A stretch of DNA of 63,215 nt, filler included, from Dirinaria sp. TL-2023a (Eukaryota), in assembly GCA_051941275.1 (NCBI GenBank). It is 23 parts of 23 records of this genome, joined end to end, with 100 filler letters (N's around TTAATTAATTAA, not from the genome) between each part and the next. Parts side by side here need not be neighbours in the genome. Positions count along the whole stretch, not along the records: positions 46,978 to 49,613 come from JAVEBF010002240.1; positions 49,714 to 52,346 come from JAVEBF010002241.1; positions 52,447 to 55,070 come from JAVEBF010002242.1; positions 55,171 to 57,787 come from JAVEBF010002243.1; positions 57,888 to 60,501 come from JAVEBF010002244.1; 18 more parts are not named here. One strand, written 5' to 3'. The position numbers and the translations under genes were made by a program. Numbering within the stretch: the stretch's first letter is position 1; the number at the start of each line of letters is the position of its first letter. The notes under the pieces are model-generated. The model worked only from the letters and a program-made list of their open reading frames with translations. It was not told the origin of the DNA and ran no database searches. Shown piece by piece: positions 48,132 through 60,031 of the stretch.

Positions 48132-49613
48132 TTAATCTAGGTCGGGAGTGCCCTCTCGATCGTACTGTGCCCAGGAATCATTACCTGGTGCTCCCGGGTG
48201 AGCTTTGTAGAATTCCTCAATTAGTTCGGTGGAGTCCAGATATTCTATTGGTTCCCAGGTTTGCGTAGTGTCAGTCCATTCGATCAGGAAGTGTAGATGG
48301 TTTTGTCTGATCTCGGAAGCATGGATAGCCTTGTATTCCCAGTGCTCATTGCCTTCATTGTCAGTATGGTCAGGGCGTGGTTTTGGAGGCAGTTGCCCTG
48401 GTAATGGGTCGTTGGCGGTCTTCCTTAGGAGCGAGGTATGAAAAACGTTATGAATCGTCCAATTGTCTGGAAGTTGGAGACGATAAGCATGAGGGCTAAC
48501 TACCTGTATTATTTCGAAAGGTCCGTCGTTCTTGTTGGCTAATTTCTTGCTGGGGCGCTTCGTTCTCATGTTCCTAGTATCTAGCCAGACCTTATCTCCA
48601 ACGACATATCGAGGTCCATGTGTTCGATAGGAGTTGGCGTAGTGTTCGTGCCACGCTTGAGCCCATCTCATCTGTGCTTGAAGTTCTTGGTTGATAGAGT
48701 CCATTTTGTCAGCATAATTATTGGCGCGAGTACGGAGTAGTAATCGTCTGGTTGTAAGATCATAGTCTTTAAGATTTCGGGAAGGTTCAAAACCCATATT
48801 TGGATGTTGGCCAGAGTTTGCGAAGAACGGAGTACAACCAGTTGATTCGGATACATGATTATTGATAGCAAATTCGGCCGAAGGAGTCCATCTTGCCCAA
48901 TCGTCTTGAAGATAGGCGCAGAAGGCTCGAAGGTATTGCTCGACTATACTGTTAGCACGTTCCGTCTGACCATCCGTTTCCGGGTGGTATGCGGTAGATA
49001 ATTGGGCTTTAGACTTTAGACGAAGGCATAACTCGTCCCAGAAGTGGTTTTCGAACTGTGAACCACGATCCGTAATCATGGTTTTGGGTAACCCGTGGTG
49101 CTTCCATACGCTGGAATGATACATCTTGGCCACGTTTTGAGGAGTGAGTTCTGTGATCGGCTCTACGTGGACCATCTTTGAAAGGCGATCAGTAATAACC
49201 ATCATGTTTTCGCAGTTAACTCCCCAGTTGTTCTTGCTCGGAGGTAACCCAACGACGAAGTCCATTGAAATATCGTCCCAACGTCGTTCAGGGACGGACA
49301 GAGGATGAAGAGCTCCGGAGTATTTATTCCTGAAGGCTTTGGTGCGGGAGCAATGTCGACAGTTGCGGGTGAATTGGCGTATATCTTGAGTCATACCGAT
49401 CCACCAATAGTTTCGGGCGAGGATATCAGAAGTCTTTGCAGCGCCTGGATGGCCAGCGCTCGGAGTATCATGAGCCAAACGGATGAGTCGAAGCCGCAGT
49501 TCTTGATCTTGTGGAACCATTAATCGACCATTTTCCCAGTGATTTTCATCGTCATAAGTGACTCTTTTGGCTCGATACTGTACCTGTTCATCGACTAAAG
49601 AGCATTCTGCTAG
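48132..49613 (-). CDS. Pol C-terminus: integrase (HHCC, DDE, GPF) + chromodomain
   Basis: AHDTPSAGHPG...CRHC, ISMDFV, ITDRGSQF, DGQTERAN, DGPFEII, IHNVFHTSLL, HFLIEW...TWEP. Confidence 0.95.
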   Translation of the reverse strand, partial: LAECSLVDEQVQYRAKRVTYDDENHWENGRLMVPQDQELRLRLIRLAHDTPSAGHPGAAKTSDILARNYWWIGMTQDIRQFTRNCRHCSRTKAFRNKYSGALHPLSVPERRWDDISMDFVVGLPPSKNNWGVNCENMMVITDRLSKMVHVEPITELTPQNVAKMYHSSVWKHHGLPKTMITDRGSQFENHFWDELCLRLKSKAQLSTAYHPETDGQTERANSIVEQYLRAFCAYLQDDWARWTPSAEFAINNHVSESTGCTPFFANSGQHPNMGFEPSRNLKDYDLTTRRLLLRTRANNYADKMDSINQELQAQMRWAQAWHEHYANSYRTHGPRYVVGDKVWLDTRNMRTKRPSKKLANKNDGPFEIIQVVSPHAYRLQLPDNWTIHNVFHTSLLRKTANDPLPGQLPPKPRPDHTDNEGNEHWEYKAIHASEIRQNHLHFLIEWTDTTQTWEPIEYLDSTELIEEFYKAHPGAPGNDSWAQYDREGTPDLD

Positions 49614-49713
49614 NNNNNNNNNNNNNNNNNNNNNNNNNNNNNNNNNNNNNNNNNNNNTTAATTAATTAANNNNNNNNNNNNNNNNNNNNNNNNNNNNNNN
49701 NNNNNNNNNNNNN

Positions 49714-51100
49714 TTTTTTTTTTGTTTTTTTCAAACATCTTTTACTACATTAATAATCTGCCTATCTGACCATGACACATTAGTGATGAATCGGTTCATC
49801 GTCTTCTCGTGGAAAGCGTCGTTGCTTGAACAAGCACTCTGTTCGAGCCGAGGAAATGAGTAAGTGGCGTGGCGAGCAGGCAGTAGTGGGAACCTACTGC
49901 ACTTGCAAATCGGGTTTCTTCCCTTGAAGTTATGAGAGGTGCTAGATCTGCCCCGGATCTTCTCCCGAGTCGAAATGGAGAGCAAGTACCTTCTCCCCAT
50001 AGCCCTTTTGCTTTCTTGTTTTGTTTTGCTGGCGGGTGGAATGACTAGGAGGTTGTTGTCTTTTATGGGGTAGTCTTTGCTTTGCTTTCTTGGTGGCTTG
50101 CTTGATTTATAGTTTTTAGTCATTTTGGTTTTTGGTTTGCTTCGCTCGCTGGCTTGTGCATCTAAAGTTTTTTTTTCGCTAATATATTCGGAGGATGGTT
50201 TTGGGGGGGGCTGTTGTAGTTGGAGCCAGTAGAGGATAAAGTATTTGAGGCAGCTAGTGTGGTGTTGGTTGCTGAGGTATTTGCTTCCTTGGCCTTAGCT
50301 TTTTCTTTGGTTTTGGAGGCAAGCATCGTGGGCGTCTTTAATATGCTCTGGATTGTCGACTCTTTTTTTTGTCGAGATTGTTGACAATCTTCTGCCACGC
50401 TTCCTTTAAATTCATTGAATTTGTCAAAATAAAATCGCGAATGTTGAGATTTTGCGCAAAATCTCAAAAAGCTTTTATCGTAGACAATTGTTAAAATTTC
50501 ATCGTCATATCAGCCTTCATTCCTGGAATGCGATAAATCATTTTCTCTTTTCGTCATGAAATTTTTGAAAAATGATATACATCTTCGACTTTTTCTCGTT
50601 GAAAGAAATTGGCTATTCAAAAATTACCGTCGTCGATTTCGCTGTTCTGTTCGAGCTGGGCGTCAAGCAAAGAAGCATCGCCATACTCTCATGACGATGC
50701 TTCTGTGTTCTGCTTTTATTGTCACTGGTCCTTTCGCTTCTAATCTCTGCTTTAAAACCGCTATGTGGCATCATCCATCGTGTTGTGCTTGCAAATCATC
50801 TTCTCAGACCAAAGTTCAGCATTGTTATCTCCCCATACCGAATTCAAGAGCTGATGCTTATCTGAATCTTTCCTCGGTTCTTGTAACATAATTCTCTCTT
50901 TTGGCGTGTACAGTATATTTGCGACTTCTCTTTCATTTCTACCGCATCCACTCCTCTTCTTCAACGATTTCTGGCACTCATCTTAGCATGTGCTGCGTTG
51001 CTTGGGCGTAACGGCGGGTGGTATTGAAAGAGGCGGCGATCTTTTGATAGATGAGAAACTACTTGAGTGATTAAGATATGAATGAGGTAATCGCAATGGC
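49714..51100 (-). pseudogene. Degenerate transposon-like ORF relic, possibly LINE ORF1/gag-like
   Basis: Broken Lys/Thr/Pro-rich frames with CC/GG-depleted patches; no diagnostic catalytic motif seen. Confidence 0.25.
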
Positions 51101-53224
51101 GATATTTGATTGGATTTCCTGAAGTCTTAAGATCAGGAGTAACATCATCCCAGGTTCTATAGTACAGTCTGACTAAAGCGCCGCGTCTTCCCTCGTAATC
51201 GATTTACGCAAAAACTTTCGAGCATGATATCTGACTCGATCGAGTATGCGTTTTATACTCTTGAATATGATTGTATGCGAAAACGAGCATTCGCGACGTC
51301 TGCGCATCACTTGCGTCACATCCTTTCTTTTCTTTCTCCAATTCCTTCACAGTTAGTGGTACAGTGTTGGAAGTAGTTGTACGCAATGATGATTCTAGGA
51401 TGGCTACGGGGTCACCTATAGAAGTATCTGACCACAACCCCTGACTAAAACTAGTTAGGGGAGGTGGCCGGAGCACAATTTCTAACATGTAGTCATGAAA
51501 ACCCTTAACGTTGCATCCGCTTCTTCCTTGTTTCTCCGAGTCAAGTCAGTCTCTACGCAATTCATATAATGGAGAGAGTAGCTAGGAATGGTGCTATGGC
51601 ACCGGCAATCGCGTCTTCCCTCTCCTTCTTGGCGGCGGTTCAGCAACTTGCTGAGACTAAATCATGTATAAATACTTATGCTGCTTTATAAGCAGCAAAT
51701 AGGTCCACTTGAGGTAAGAGCAACACCATCCTCCGTCTCCCCTTCCAATGACCTCCCCTAAGTTAATTTTAGATAGATACCTCTCGGGCAGGTGCTTGTA
51801 TTCAAAAATATTTTAAACGACAGATGCACGATCGACCAAGACAAGCTAAAGACGATGAAGACCAAACAACTGCAAATCGACAACGATACACTCAACACAG
51901 CTGACTCACCAAATTACTAACTTCGAGAAACCAATGATCTCGTCGGTATCGTCAGATTCAACAAAAAGCCGCTGGCACTGAGACACGTGCATGGCCTTTG
52001 GGAGTCGGAGGAGGTGTCTTCTCTTCTCGAAAAGCTAATTGCTACACACTAGGCCTGAATAGTCTATGCTTGGATGTTAAGATGATGCAACGCCGGCAAT
52101 AAGTGGCTGGCAATGTGTAATTGTAGTTGATATCTGTAATAGTGACATGGGCTTATGGTATTGCTCTGTTTATGTCCGTATACCTCTCAACAAGAATCTT
52201 TCTTACACTCTCCTTTTTCATCGCTCTCATTCATCGTTTTTGTCTCTCAATTGCTTTCACGTCGTCAACTCGCACGATGAAGAATGTTCTTAGTCTTCAT
52301 TTACAATTATGATGTCGTCGTATTCGAAATTTTTCCAGCGAATTCTNNNNNNNNNNNNNNNNNNNNNNNNNNNNNNNNNNNNNNNNNNNNTTAATTAATT
52401 AANNNNNNNNNNNNNNNNNNNNNNNNNNNNNNNNNNNNNNNNNNNNTAAATAAACAATTGAATTAATATTAGATGAGATTTCCTGCCACCCAATAATTCC
52501 ACCCACATTTGCTTTCGGTCAAATATGGATCAGCCAAATAAGTTGACTTCGTAACCAGCTACTAAAACCATTCGCCCTTCACTGATCTCTCTTTATACGC
52601 GGCCCAGTTCGGCATACACAAGCTGCGACCTCGGTTGTCTCCTTGGCTACTGTAGGCTGCAAACGCCTTTTCCCTAAGATACATTCACGATGACTCATGC
52701 ATTCTCGCTACAGCTCGTCTTGTACCCTTGGAAGTGATATTCTATTGTTGTGAATAGCGAATTCGCAGGACTATGGGATGTGAGCAAGCCTCGACAGTCT
52801 ATTTATAAGGACCAAATCAACGAGGCCGGGGTAGTACTTTCTACATCTTGCTTCATGCGGCGCCTGCATAGGGTCTAATGATTGTTCAATGCCAGATCCT
52901 AGTGCTTTACCAACAACACCGAAAGCAGCCCCATCCGTTGCTGCACATCCTCGTGTGACCAATGTTATCAGTTGTGGGAAGTCCCCCGACTAGAATTTAA
53001 CGAATGCATTGTCTTTCCATGACCTGCTGCAGCGACAAATAAAACATTAAAAAATTAAGTTATCATCTGCAAAAAGTATATTGAGATTATCAAGAACTTG
53101 AAGTTCACAGATTAAGGATCCGCTCAAAGCCTTAGTCTAATTATATTGTATATGTCTATGATGGTCTGGGTCTACCAGGCTGTATAGCTATAACCCGGGC
53201 GCTGCTTAATAGTATACGACATGG

Positions 53225-53857
53225 TCAGTCGGCAGTCAATTGTCCATAGCCAACCTCCCCTTGAATACCAGCCACGATGATGAGGAATTGAAATTGAGGA
53301 CACGTGCCCGACTGGTCAAAAGATACGCTAAACCAATGCACTATAGGAACCACTTCCCAGAGCATCGACCATGTCATCTCTTCGCGCGGAGCCAAGGTCA
53401 GATACGTCGTCCTATCGTTGCTGATCCATCTTCGCACTTGCGTTCCTAATGGCTGGTGCACCCTGGTAGGGGCTCGATGATTTAACGCCTCAACATACGC
53501 GTGGACACAGCACTGTAGGGCTGATTGCAGGTCTAACGAATTTCGATATCCGTAGAACTCCACTTCAATACCACTCCCCAGGATATAGTAGTCGAAGGGG
53601 TCAGGCCGAGGTGTCTTCAAACTATCTCGTTGATTCGAGGAAGCTGCCCTTTTATCTGGTCATTATGTCTTCCCTAGATCAATTTTGGGGCCGAAAAGAA
53701 AGATAACGAACAGGTTTGAGAGTTTCCTAATTGTGTAATTGGATGGGAAGGTATTGTTGAACCACAAATTCGATGATTGGCTCGGGATTGGAAGCGTAAT
53801 AGCCGCTGCAGAGGCCAACAGCACCACAGCCACTGCAAAAAAAGGGCAAAAAGCCAT
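53225..53857 (-). CDS. Small putatively secreted protein (about 180 aa); exons 53712-53857 and 53225-53621
   Basis: Signal-peptide-like MAFCPFFAVAVVLLASAAA. A 90-nt GTTCGT...TAG intron joins the two ORFs in frame; C-terminus FQFLII...GEVGYGQL. Confidence 0.7.
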
Positions 53858-55294
53858 ATTGCTGCGAGCAGCTGACATCAGAGATTTGTATGACCATAAC
53901 GCGATTGAAGCCGTATATTAAGCGGCACTGTCGCCAACGAATTGGCTCGCCTAGCCCAACATGCGGGAACCATATCTATGCGCTTCTACAAGGTGCGCTT
54001 ATCTTGTTCATTCATACCTATCCCGGGTTTTGTCCTTTGCCGCAGGGGCAATATCAGACACCGCAAAAATCTATGCGCAACTTTCACGCCTTTGGTAACA
54101 TAAGAAGACTTATTCAAGAGAATAAATAATCTGAAGAGGTCGACGACGTTGCTCAACTCCTGTATTGGTGAGAGAGCCCATTCCAAATTATGGGAGACAG
54201 AGATGCTGCAGTCCCATGGTCGACATTACAGTGTTGGCAACGGACCGTCTGTGAGAAATTTTCTTCTCAACTCCAATACCTGATTGCATTTTTCAAAGAA
54301 TCGCAATCTGATACGGAGGCTGAAGCGGCTACGAAGACCCGAACCAATATTCAGCCAAATATACTTGAATCGAATGAACGGCGGATTTTGCAAAGTAACG
54401 AGACATACCTCAAGCGACTATCATCACTACAAGTAGAAAGAAGAATGGGAGAATCTTGAAACTAAGGCATCTCCTTATCACCCTCGTGGAACTCAGACAG
54501 TTGGCACTTCTCTGTTCGATGCTCAATTTGGAACCAAAGTCAACAATCCATCCAAGTCAACAAGTCCAACTCGCCGCTTGCTACATATCACTTCCCAACA
54601 GATAATTAAAACCAACGGCCATCTCCCCTGAAAATTGTGAGCTTGATAGGTCGACGACCCAGTATGCAATTTAATGCATCATTGAGTCTGCGATTCTACT
54701 CATCTAGTCAAGCATTTGACGATGCAAATATCGATCAGCTTTTGGTCCCTTCGGACTGCTATGCAGTATGATTCTCGACAACTGAGCGACATGCACTGAA
54801 AGGGTCGAATAAGCGGGTTAGAAGCTGTCTTCTGTACAGAAATGTACATCGAGAGAAACTTTTAGAGAAAGTTTCAGAGATTTTTGGAAGGAGATACGCG
54901 GAAGAAAACGTGAGTGTGAATAAACGGCAAAATCATCACTAGATCGAGTTATGAACTTCAGTCTTCCAAATATCATGATTGGATACCCTAGAAACAAGTT
55001 TCTTAGCTCGTCCAACATTCTGCTAATGGGTATTTCATTACCCTTAAACCTCCACCACCAATCCAGAGCCNNNNNNNNNNNNNNNNNNNNNNNNNNNNNN
55101 NNNNNNNNNNNNNNTTAATTAATTAANNNNNNNNNNNNNNNNNNNNNNNNNNNNNNNNNNNNNNNNNNNNCCTGTGTGTAGGGGGGGAAGAGGGGGGTTA
55201 GTTTTCTTTTTTTTTTGGTTTTTTTTTTGTGGGATGAATTTGGGGGAGGCTGTTGGGATAGACAGAGGGAGGGAAAGGGTTTTCCAAGATTTAC

Positions 55295-55485
55295 CGGCTA
55301 TCGGACAACTGGGTGCGCACGTCTTTGAGGTGCTGGTTGCGCATGTTGCGCACCGTGAAGATGTACAGGTATGGGTACTGCGGGATGCATTCCTGGATGC
55401 CGGCGTAGAGGCGCAGGGGCAGTTCTTTGCCCTTTCTCTGCGTCTTCGACGTGTGCACTATCTTTGCGCGCTTGGATTTGGGCAT
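55295..55485 (-). CDS. MRT4: Ribosome assembly factor Mrt4, exon 1 only
   Basis: MPKSKRAKIVHTSKTQRKGKE...YLYIFTVRNMRNQHLKDVRTQLSDSR followed by a GTAAAT donor. Confidence 0.9.
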
Positions 55486-56484
55486 TCTTTGAGGGTGGAA
55501 TTGGGGTTGTGGATAGCGTATTGAGGGTGGTGGTGGTGGAATAACTACATTTTGATAAACGGTTGAAGTGCGGTTGCCAAGAAGACAGAAATCTGCCCCG
55601 GCCTCACCCCCCATCGGGCCTTGGTTGAGCGCCGCCTTAACGTCGCGCGACCTGGGTGATTCGAGGTGACCCCGGGTGATCCTGAGTAGCTGCGCCCGCT
55701 TTCTGGGGGTGAGCTGCTGCCTGATCGCCATTCTATCCAAGATCAGGTCAGGAGGTCTTTCGGACGTAGTGGATCTGAATCCGCAGTGGTTAGCGAGACC
55801 GCCCGGCGCAGAGCCTTCGCATGTCTACTAAAAAAGTGACGATAACGGAAAATGAACATCTTCTTTTCTTTCTGTCTTCGTCAACGGTTTCTATTTCTTT
55901 CTTCTCTTTCCTTCGTTTTCCTTCCCTCTTTACTCGCACAGCTCACGCAGCTGTCGACTTCTTCAATATCGTCTTAAGACTATGCATTCGAATCTGTATT
56001 CTGTACTATCAAGCGACGACGATCGTTTTTAGCTTTAACGTCGTCGATCTCAGTCGAAACGTGCTTATTATAACTACGATATTTTCTACTTCTAGCTTCG
56101 TATCTTCATCAGTATAATATTATCTAAATTCTCCTTCACGATCTTTTTTCTACGCTCTCTCTTAATCGTCGTCTTCTCATTTATTGATATGAAAAAGGAG
56201 GCAATCGCCTGGAAAATGGCCTAGTGGGCATAATATGATGATAATAAGATGGATGATCCACTAAGTAGGACGCCCTGGGCGAGTTTATATACTCGCCCAG
56301 GGCTAGACTAGTCCCCATCAGGCTAGCCGCCATACTAATCCTAACTAATGGACTATCTACCCCTATACCGCCTAATCCCTATCATTTCTGTTACGACCCT
56401 GGAACACCAAGTAGTAAGATAGGCAACCAAGTCGGTGCCTTGGTTTAGTTAGTCTTTTGGTTCTACCGGGACTTTTACCTATGG

Positions 56485-56745
56485 TGTTACGAGCATGTTC
56501 TACGAGCATGTTCTCACTGATATTACCCGGCTCATTTTCTACAAGGTTTTTGTGTGTGGTGTTGTGTTTTGACCTGATCTGGGTTAGCGCATCCGGAGTG
56601 GTGGTCGGCCCGGTCGATCAGGGTCCAACACCCACACATCCAGATTATGCCTGATTCCAGTTCATAGATTTCTTTTCTTCTTCATGCTTTGTGTATTTAG
56701 TTGATAGCACCTGTATAGATCATACCTTCTGCACCGGTCCTGACA
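56485..56745 (+). mobile_element. Nested solo LTR (261 bp)
   Basis: TGTTACGAGCATG...CTGCACCGGTCCTGACA; flanks TATGG/AATGG; related to 36465-36689. Confidence 0.8.
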
Positions 56746-56767
56746 AATGGGAAACCTATCTAACCAA

Positions 56768-57063
56768 TGTCATGAACCAGACCCTTATGGGCCTGATCAC
56801 ATGACTAGGTTACATGATCTCCTGGACCCTGGACCCTGAAGCAGATCCCCTGGATACCACATGTGTGTGGAAAGGTCTATACCAAGTGTTTTGTTAGAGG
56901 TGTTGTGTTTTTGCCTGATCAGGTTAGCGTCCTCGGACCGGTGTTGTTCCGATCCCACATTTAAACCTGCCTGTATTTAGATTTCCTTTCCTTTTCTTCT
57001 TCATAGATAGTGTCCTAGTCTATTTGTACCCATATGTCATTGAGCGCTGTGCAGGCCCTGACA
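56768..57063 (+). mobile_element. Nested solo LTR (296 bp)
   Basis: TGTCA...TGACA with a perfect TSD ACCAA; related to 62832-63215. Confidence 0.88.
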
Positions 57064-57282
57064 ACCAAGGTTGAGTCTTTGACAATTTACGCTTTATCGA
57101 AGTCTCTACATTTTGTCGCTACTCTCTAGTGTGTTTTAGCTGATATCTGATAAGCGCTTTGACTCGCTTTCTAGCTTATTTAAAATAGTCACTTGCTTGT
57201 AACAAGCAATGAGCAATCGATATGACTGTAAAGACGATTTCAACGATAGAAAGTTATAATTAAAGCTATACTTCTCGCGACA

Positions 57283-57423
57283 TGTCAGGGCCTGCACAGC
57301 GCTCAATGGCATATGGGTACAAATAGACTAGGACACTATCTATGAAGAAGAAAAGGAAAGGAAATCTAAATACAGACAGGTTTAAATGTGGGATCGGAAC
57401 AACACCGATTCGAGGACGCTAAC
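57283..57423 (-). repeat. Inverted partial copy of the 56768-57063 LTR
   Basis: Near-identical reverse complement of ~56923-57063, interrupted at 57424 by another LTR. Confidence 0.85.
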
Positions 57424-57556
57424 TGTAAGGTCGTATGCGCCGGTTACCCGCCGGCGCAGTACTTATGTGAAAGACGTGGCAGTGTAATAGGTTATATGGC
57501 TACCGGGTACTGTAGTTCCTGCTAGAACTAATCACTAAGGACCTCCCCCAAAAAGA
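57424..57556. repeat. LTR fragment, largely unmutated counterpart of 33433-33567
   Basis: TGTAAGGTCGTATGCGCCGG... aligns colinearly with TGTAAAATCGTATGCGTCGA... Confidence 0.85.
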
Positions 57557-57891
57557 TGAGTTGTCAGATTTAGGAGGTGTTTGTGAGGTCAATTGTACCT
57601 ATGTTTGGCAGTTTGTATGTGTGTGATTAATTGCCTCCCATCTATCAGAAAAGCGAGGAATTGTGGGTTACTATATACCCGATATTACTATTACCCGGAG
57701 CCCTGCGGTTTACCTATCCGCGGACTGCCATTCTGCGGACTGCCATGTATACTATTCGGGCCACTGCCTATATCTATTATCCATTACNNNNNNNNNNNNN
57801 NNNNNNNNNNNNNNNNNNNNNNNNNNNNNNNTTAATTAATTAANNNNNNNNNNNNNNNNNNNNNNNNNNNNNNNNNNNNNNNNNNNNCCTA

Positions 57892-60031
57892 TTAAGGACT
57901 GCGTTTCCCATTGTCTTCCTGCCCTTCGATGATGATCCTATTCTCCAGCCTGTGGCCCACCGATCAGCATGAACCTCGAAGACCAGCAACAGGGAACCGA
58001 AACTTACATCGGCGCAATGCCCTTCGTCCACAACGGCATCAATTCATCGGCGTGCGTCTCCACCATGCCCACCCGCTGCCTGTGAATCCCCACCATATCC
58101 ATCCACCTCCTCACCGCCCACCTCGCAACATGCATGTCTCTCTCCTCGCTTCCCTTTTTCGTCACCGATCTCTCCTCGGCATCATGATCCTCGTCTTCGG
58201 TATCGCTATCTACCAGCCGCCCATCCACCATCCTGGCCGTAGCATCCGCTTCCTTCACGCTCCCGCTCCGACGATGTTTGACGCCGTGCTGCTTCGAGAG
58301 GTCTCCCGCTTCTCGAACCTTGCCATCGGCGTGCAGGTCTTTGTGCACCGAGTCCCAGTGCCGGTGCAGGCTCGGGCCCCAGCGCCGCCATTTCCCGAGT
58401 ACTTTCAGCGACATGAAATATTGGCGCAGGATCATGGAGATCAGGATGCCGTTTTCTTCGCTAACGATTTCTGCCGCCGCGCCCCCTTCGCTGCGCGCCA
58501 GGAGCGAGGTGAACCCGTCTTTGCCACGCGCCATGTAGCCTCGGGTGGCCAGCACGTAGTGTTTCTCCTCGTCCAGGGGCTGATGATGGATTTTGGCCCA
58601 CGAGACGCGAGAGCCCGGGGCTTGGCGGACGTTGTAGCAGAATTGGATGTTGGAGACTTGCGGATAGCGGCCTTCGAGCGCTGGGACGAGGCAGACGGCG
58701 TTTTCCAGGGCTGAGAGAATGGCCTTGCCGCTGACTCGGAGGACGACGACGGGGTCTTCGAAAGGAAAGCAGTTCAGGACGTCTTTCAATAGCAGTACGC
58801 CAGGCGGGTAGATTTGATCCCCTCTTATTGTGCCACCAGCCATCAGCGCACAGTCCGTGTTGTAGAAATGACGCATCAGATCGCAGACGAAATTCCCCAG
58901 ATTCGACTCCCTGGTTCTTACAGTGGTAAAACGGCCATCGAGGGGTACGGCGGTATATCCAATCGGCTTCTCGAGCTTGTTCTTCAGCGACGATGTCAGT
59001 TTACCCACCAATTTCACCGTATCTGGGTCTTCAGGAATTGATCGCACGATATCACGGCGTATGATGGTGAAGTCCCAGCCTACGGACCCCTGCGGCTTTC
59101 GTCGCGCCTCGATATACGATAGCTGCTTGAAGTCGGTACCGGAGCGGAGGATGTGGGTAGAATTGATAAGCTGGTGAGCATAGAAATGGTCGTGACCGCC
59201 CAAGACAATATCAATGAGACCTGGTGGTGTCTTTTCTGCCAGTTTTACGTCGCTCGGCTCGCGTGCATGTGTCAAGGCAATGATTATTTCGGCACCTTGG
59301 GCGCGAAGACCTGGAACCAATTGCTTTGCGGTTTCGGAGGCGGATCTGTAGATGAGGTTTGGAGGGAGTGAATTGATCGTATCGAGCCTCGGTTTGAATA
59401 TCAGCGAGGTATAGCGCCAAAATTCTTGCAGAAACACACCATTCGCGCTCTGCAAGCCCAATCAGGCCGATCTTGATACCATTGGACGATTCGAGCATCA
59501 TTGTCTTCGTGCAGTTCGCAAGGGGGACATCTTCCCCGAGAGCGGGATCAAGGACGTTGGCAAGCAGCCAAGGAAAACTGCATTGAGCGCTCAAATGCCT
59601 GAATTGGAGCACTCCGAAATCGAGATCATGATTCTACGTCGTACGTCGATCAGCAACACGACAGACCAGATTGCAGAACGGGGAAAAGAACGGGGATCCA
59701 TACTCACGCCCATACACGCTACGTCTGTCCCTATGTTGTTGAGTATGGGCACCATATGTCTCCCTTTGGTGATCGAGCTTTCCAGACTGGGATTGAATGC
59801 ATCCCCGGAGAAGAGGGTGATGAGCTTTGGCTGATTTGCATACTGAGGGTCGGAGCGGTATTGATTCACGACAGTTTGAAAGCGCGCGATTCCGCCTACA
59901 GGCTCGGCAGAGCCACCTTCAATGTGGTAGACGTCGTTGTAAGCTAGGATGCGTAGGTCTGGTGGTGTCGAGGAGTCCGGGGTGGATTGGTAGGTAAGGG
60001 ATATTGAATTGTCGTTGTTGCTGTCATCCAT
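57892..60031 (-). CDS. 5'-nucleotidase family metallophosphoesterase, 4 exons, complete
   Basis: AYNDVYH, FSGDAFNPS, G/NHDLDFG across an intron, FPWLLANV, ALTHARE, VLGGHDH, ESNLGNFVCD, GGTIRGD, FPFED, EGRYPQVS; TAA at 57892-94. Confidence 0.93.

Larger units (their letters stand above)
46978..49613 (-). mobile_element. Ty3/Gypsy chromovirus-type retrotransposon arranged integrase-PPT-LTR-gag
   Basis: Integrase with chromodomain, PPT GAAAGGGGGAGG (~48046-57), a single LTR, then the gag start. Reading frames are intact. Confidence 0.95.
56389..57084. mobile_element. Outer solo LTR hosting two nested solo LTRs
   Basis: TGTTA...TGACA termini; flanks ATTTC/ATTTA (4/5 TSD match). Confidence 0.55.

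Noticed and set aside
55590..55820. GC-rich hairpin-forming segment as SRP, RNase P or tRNA gene
   Set aside because: Only short stems (e.g. CCTGATC/GATCAGG) and none of the conserved boxes; better explained as promoter or unmutated TE tail.
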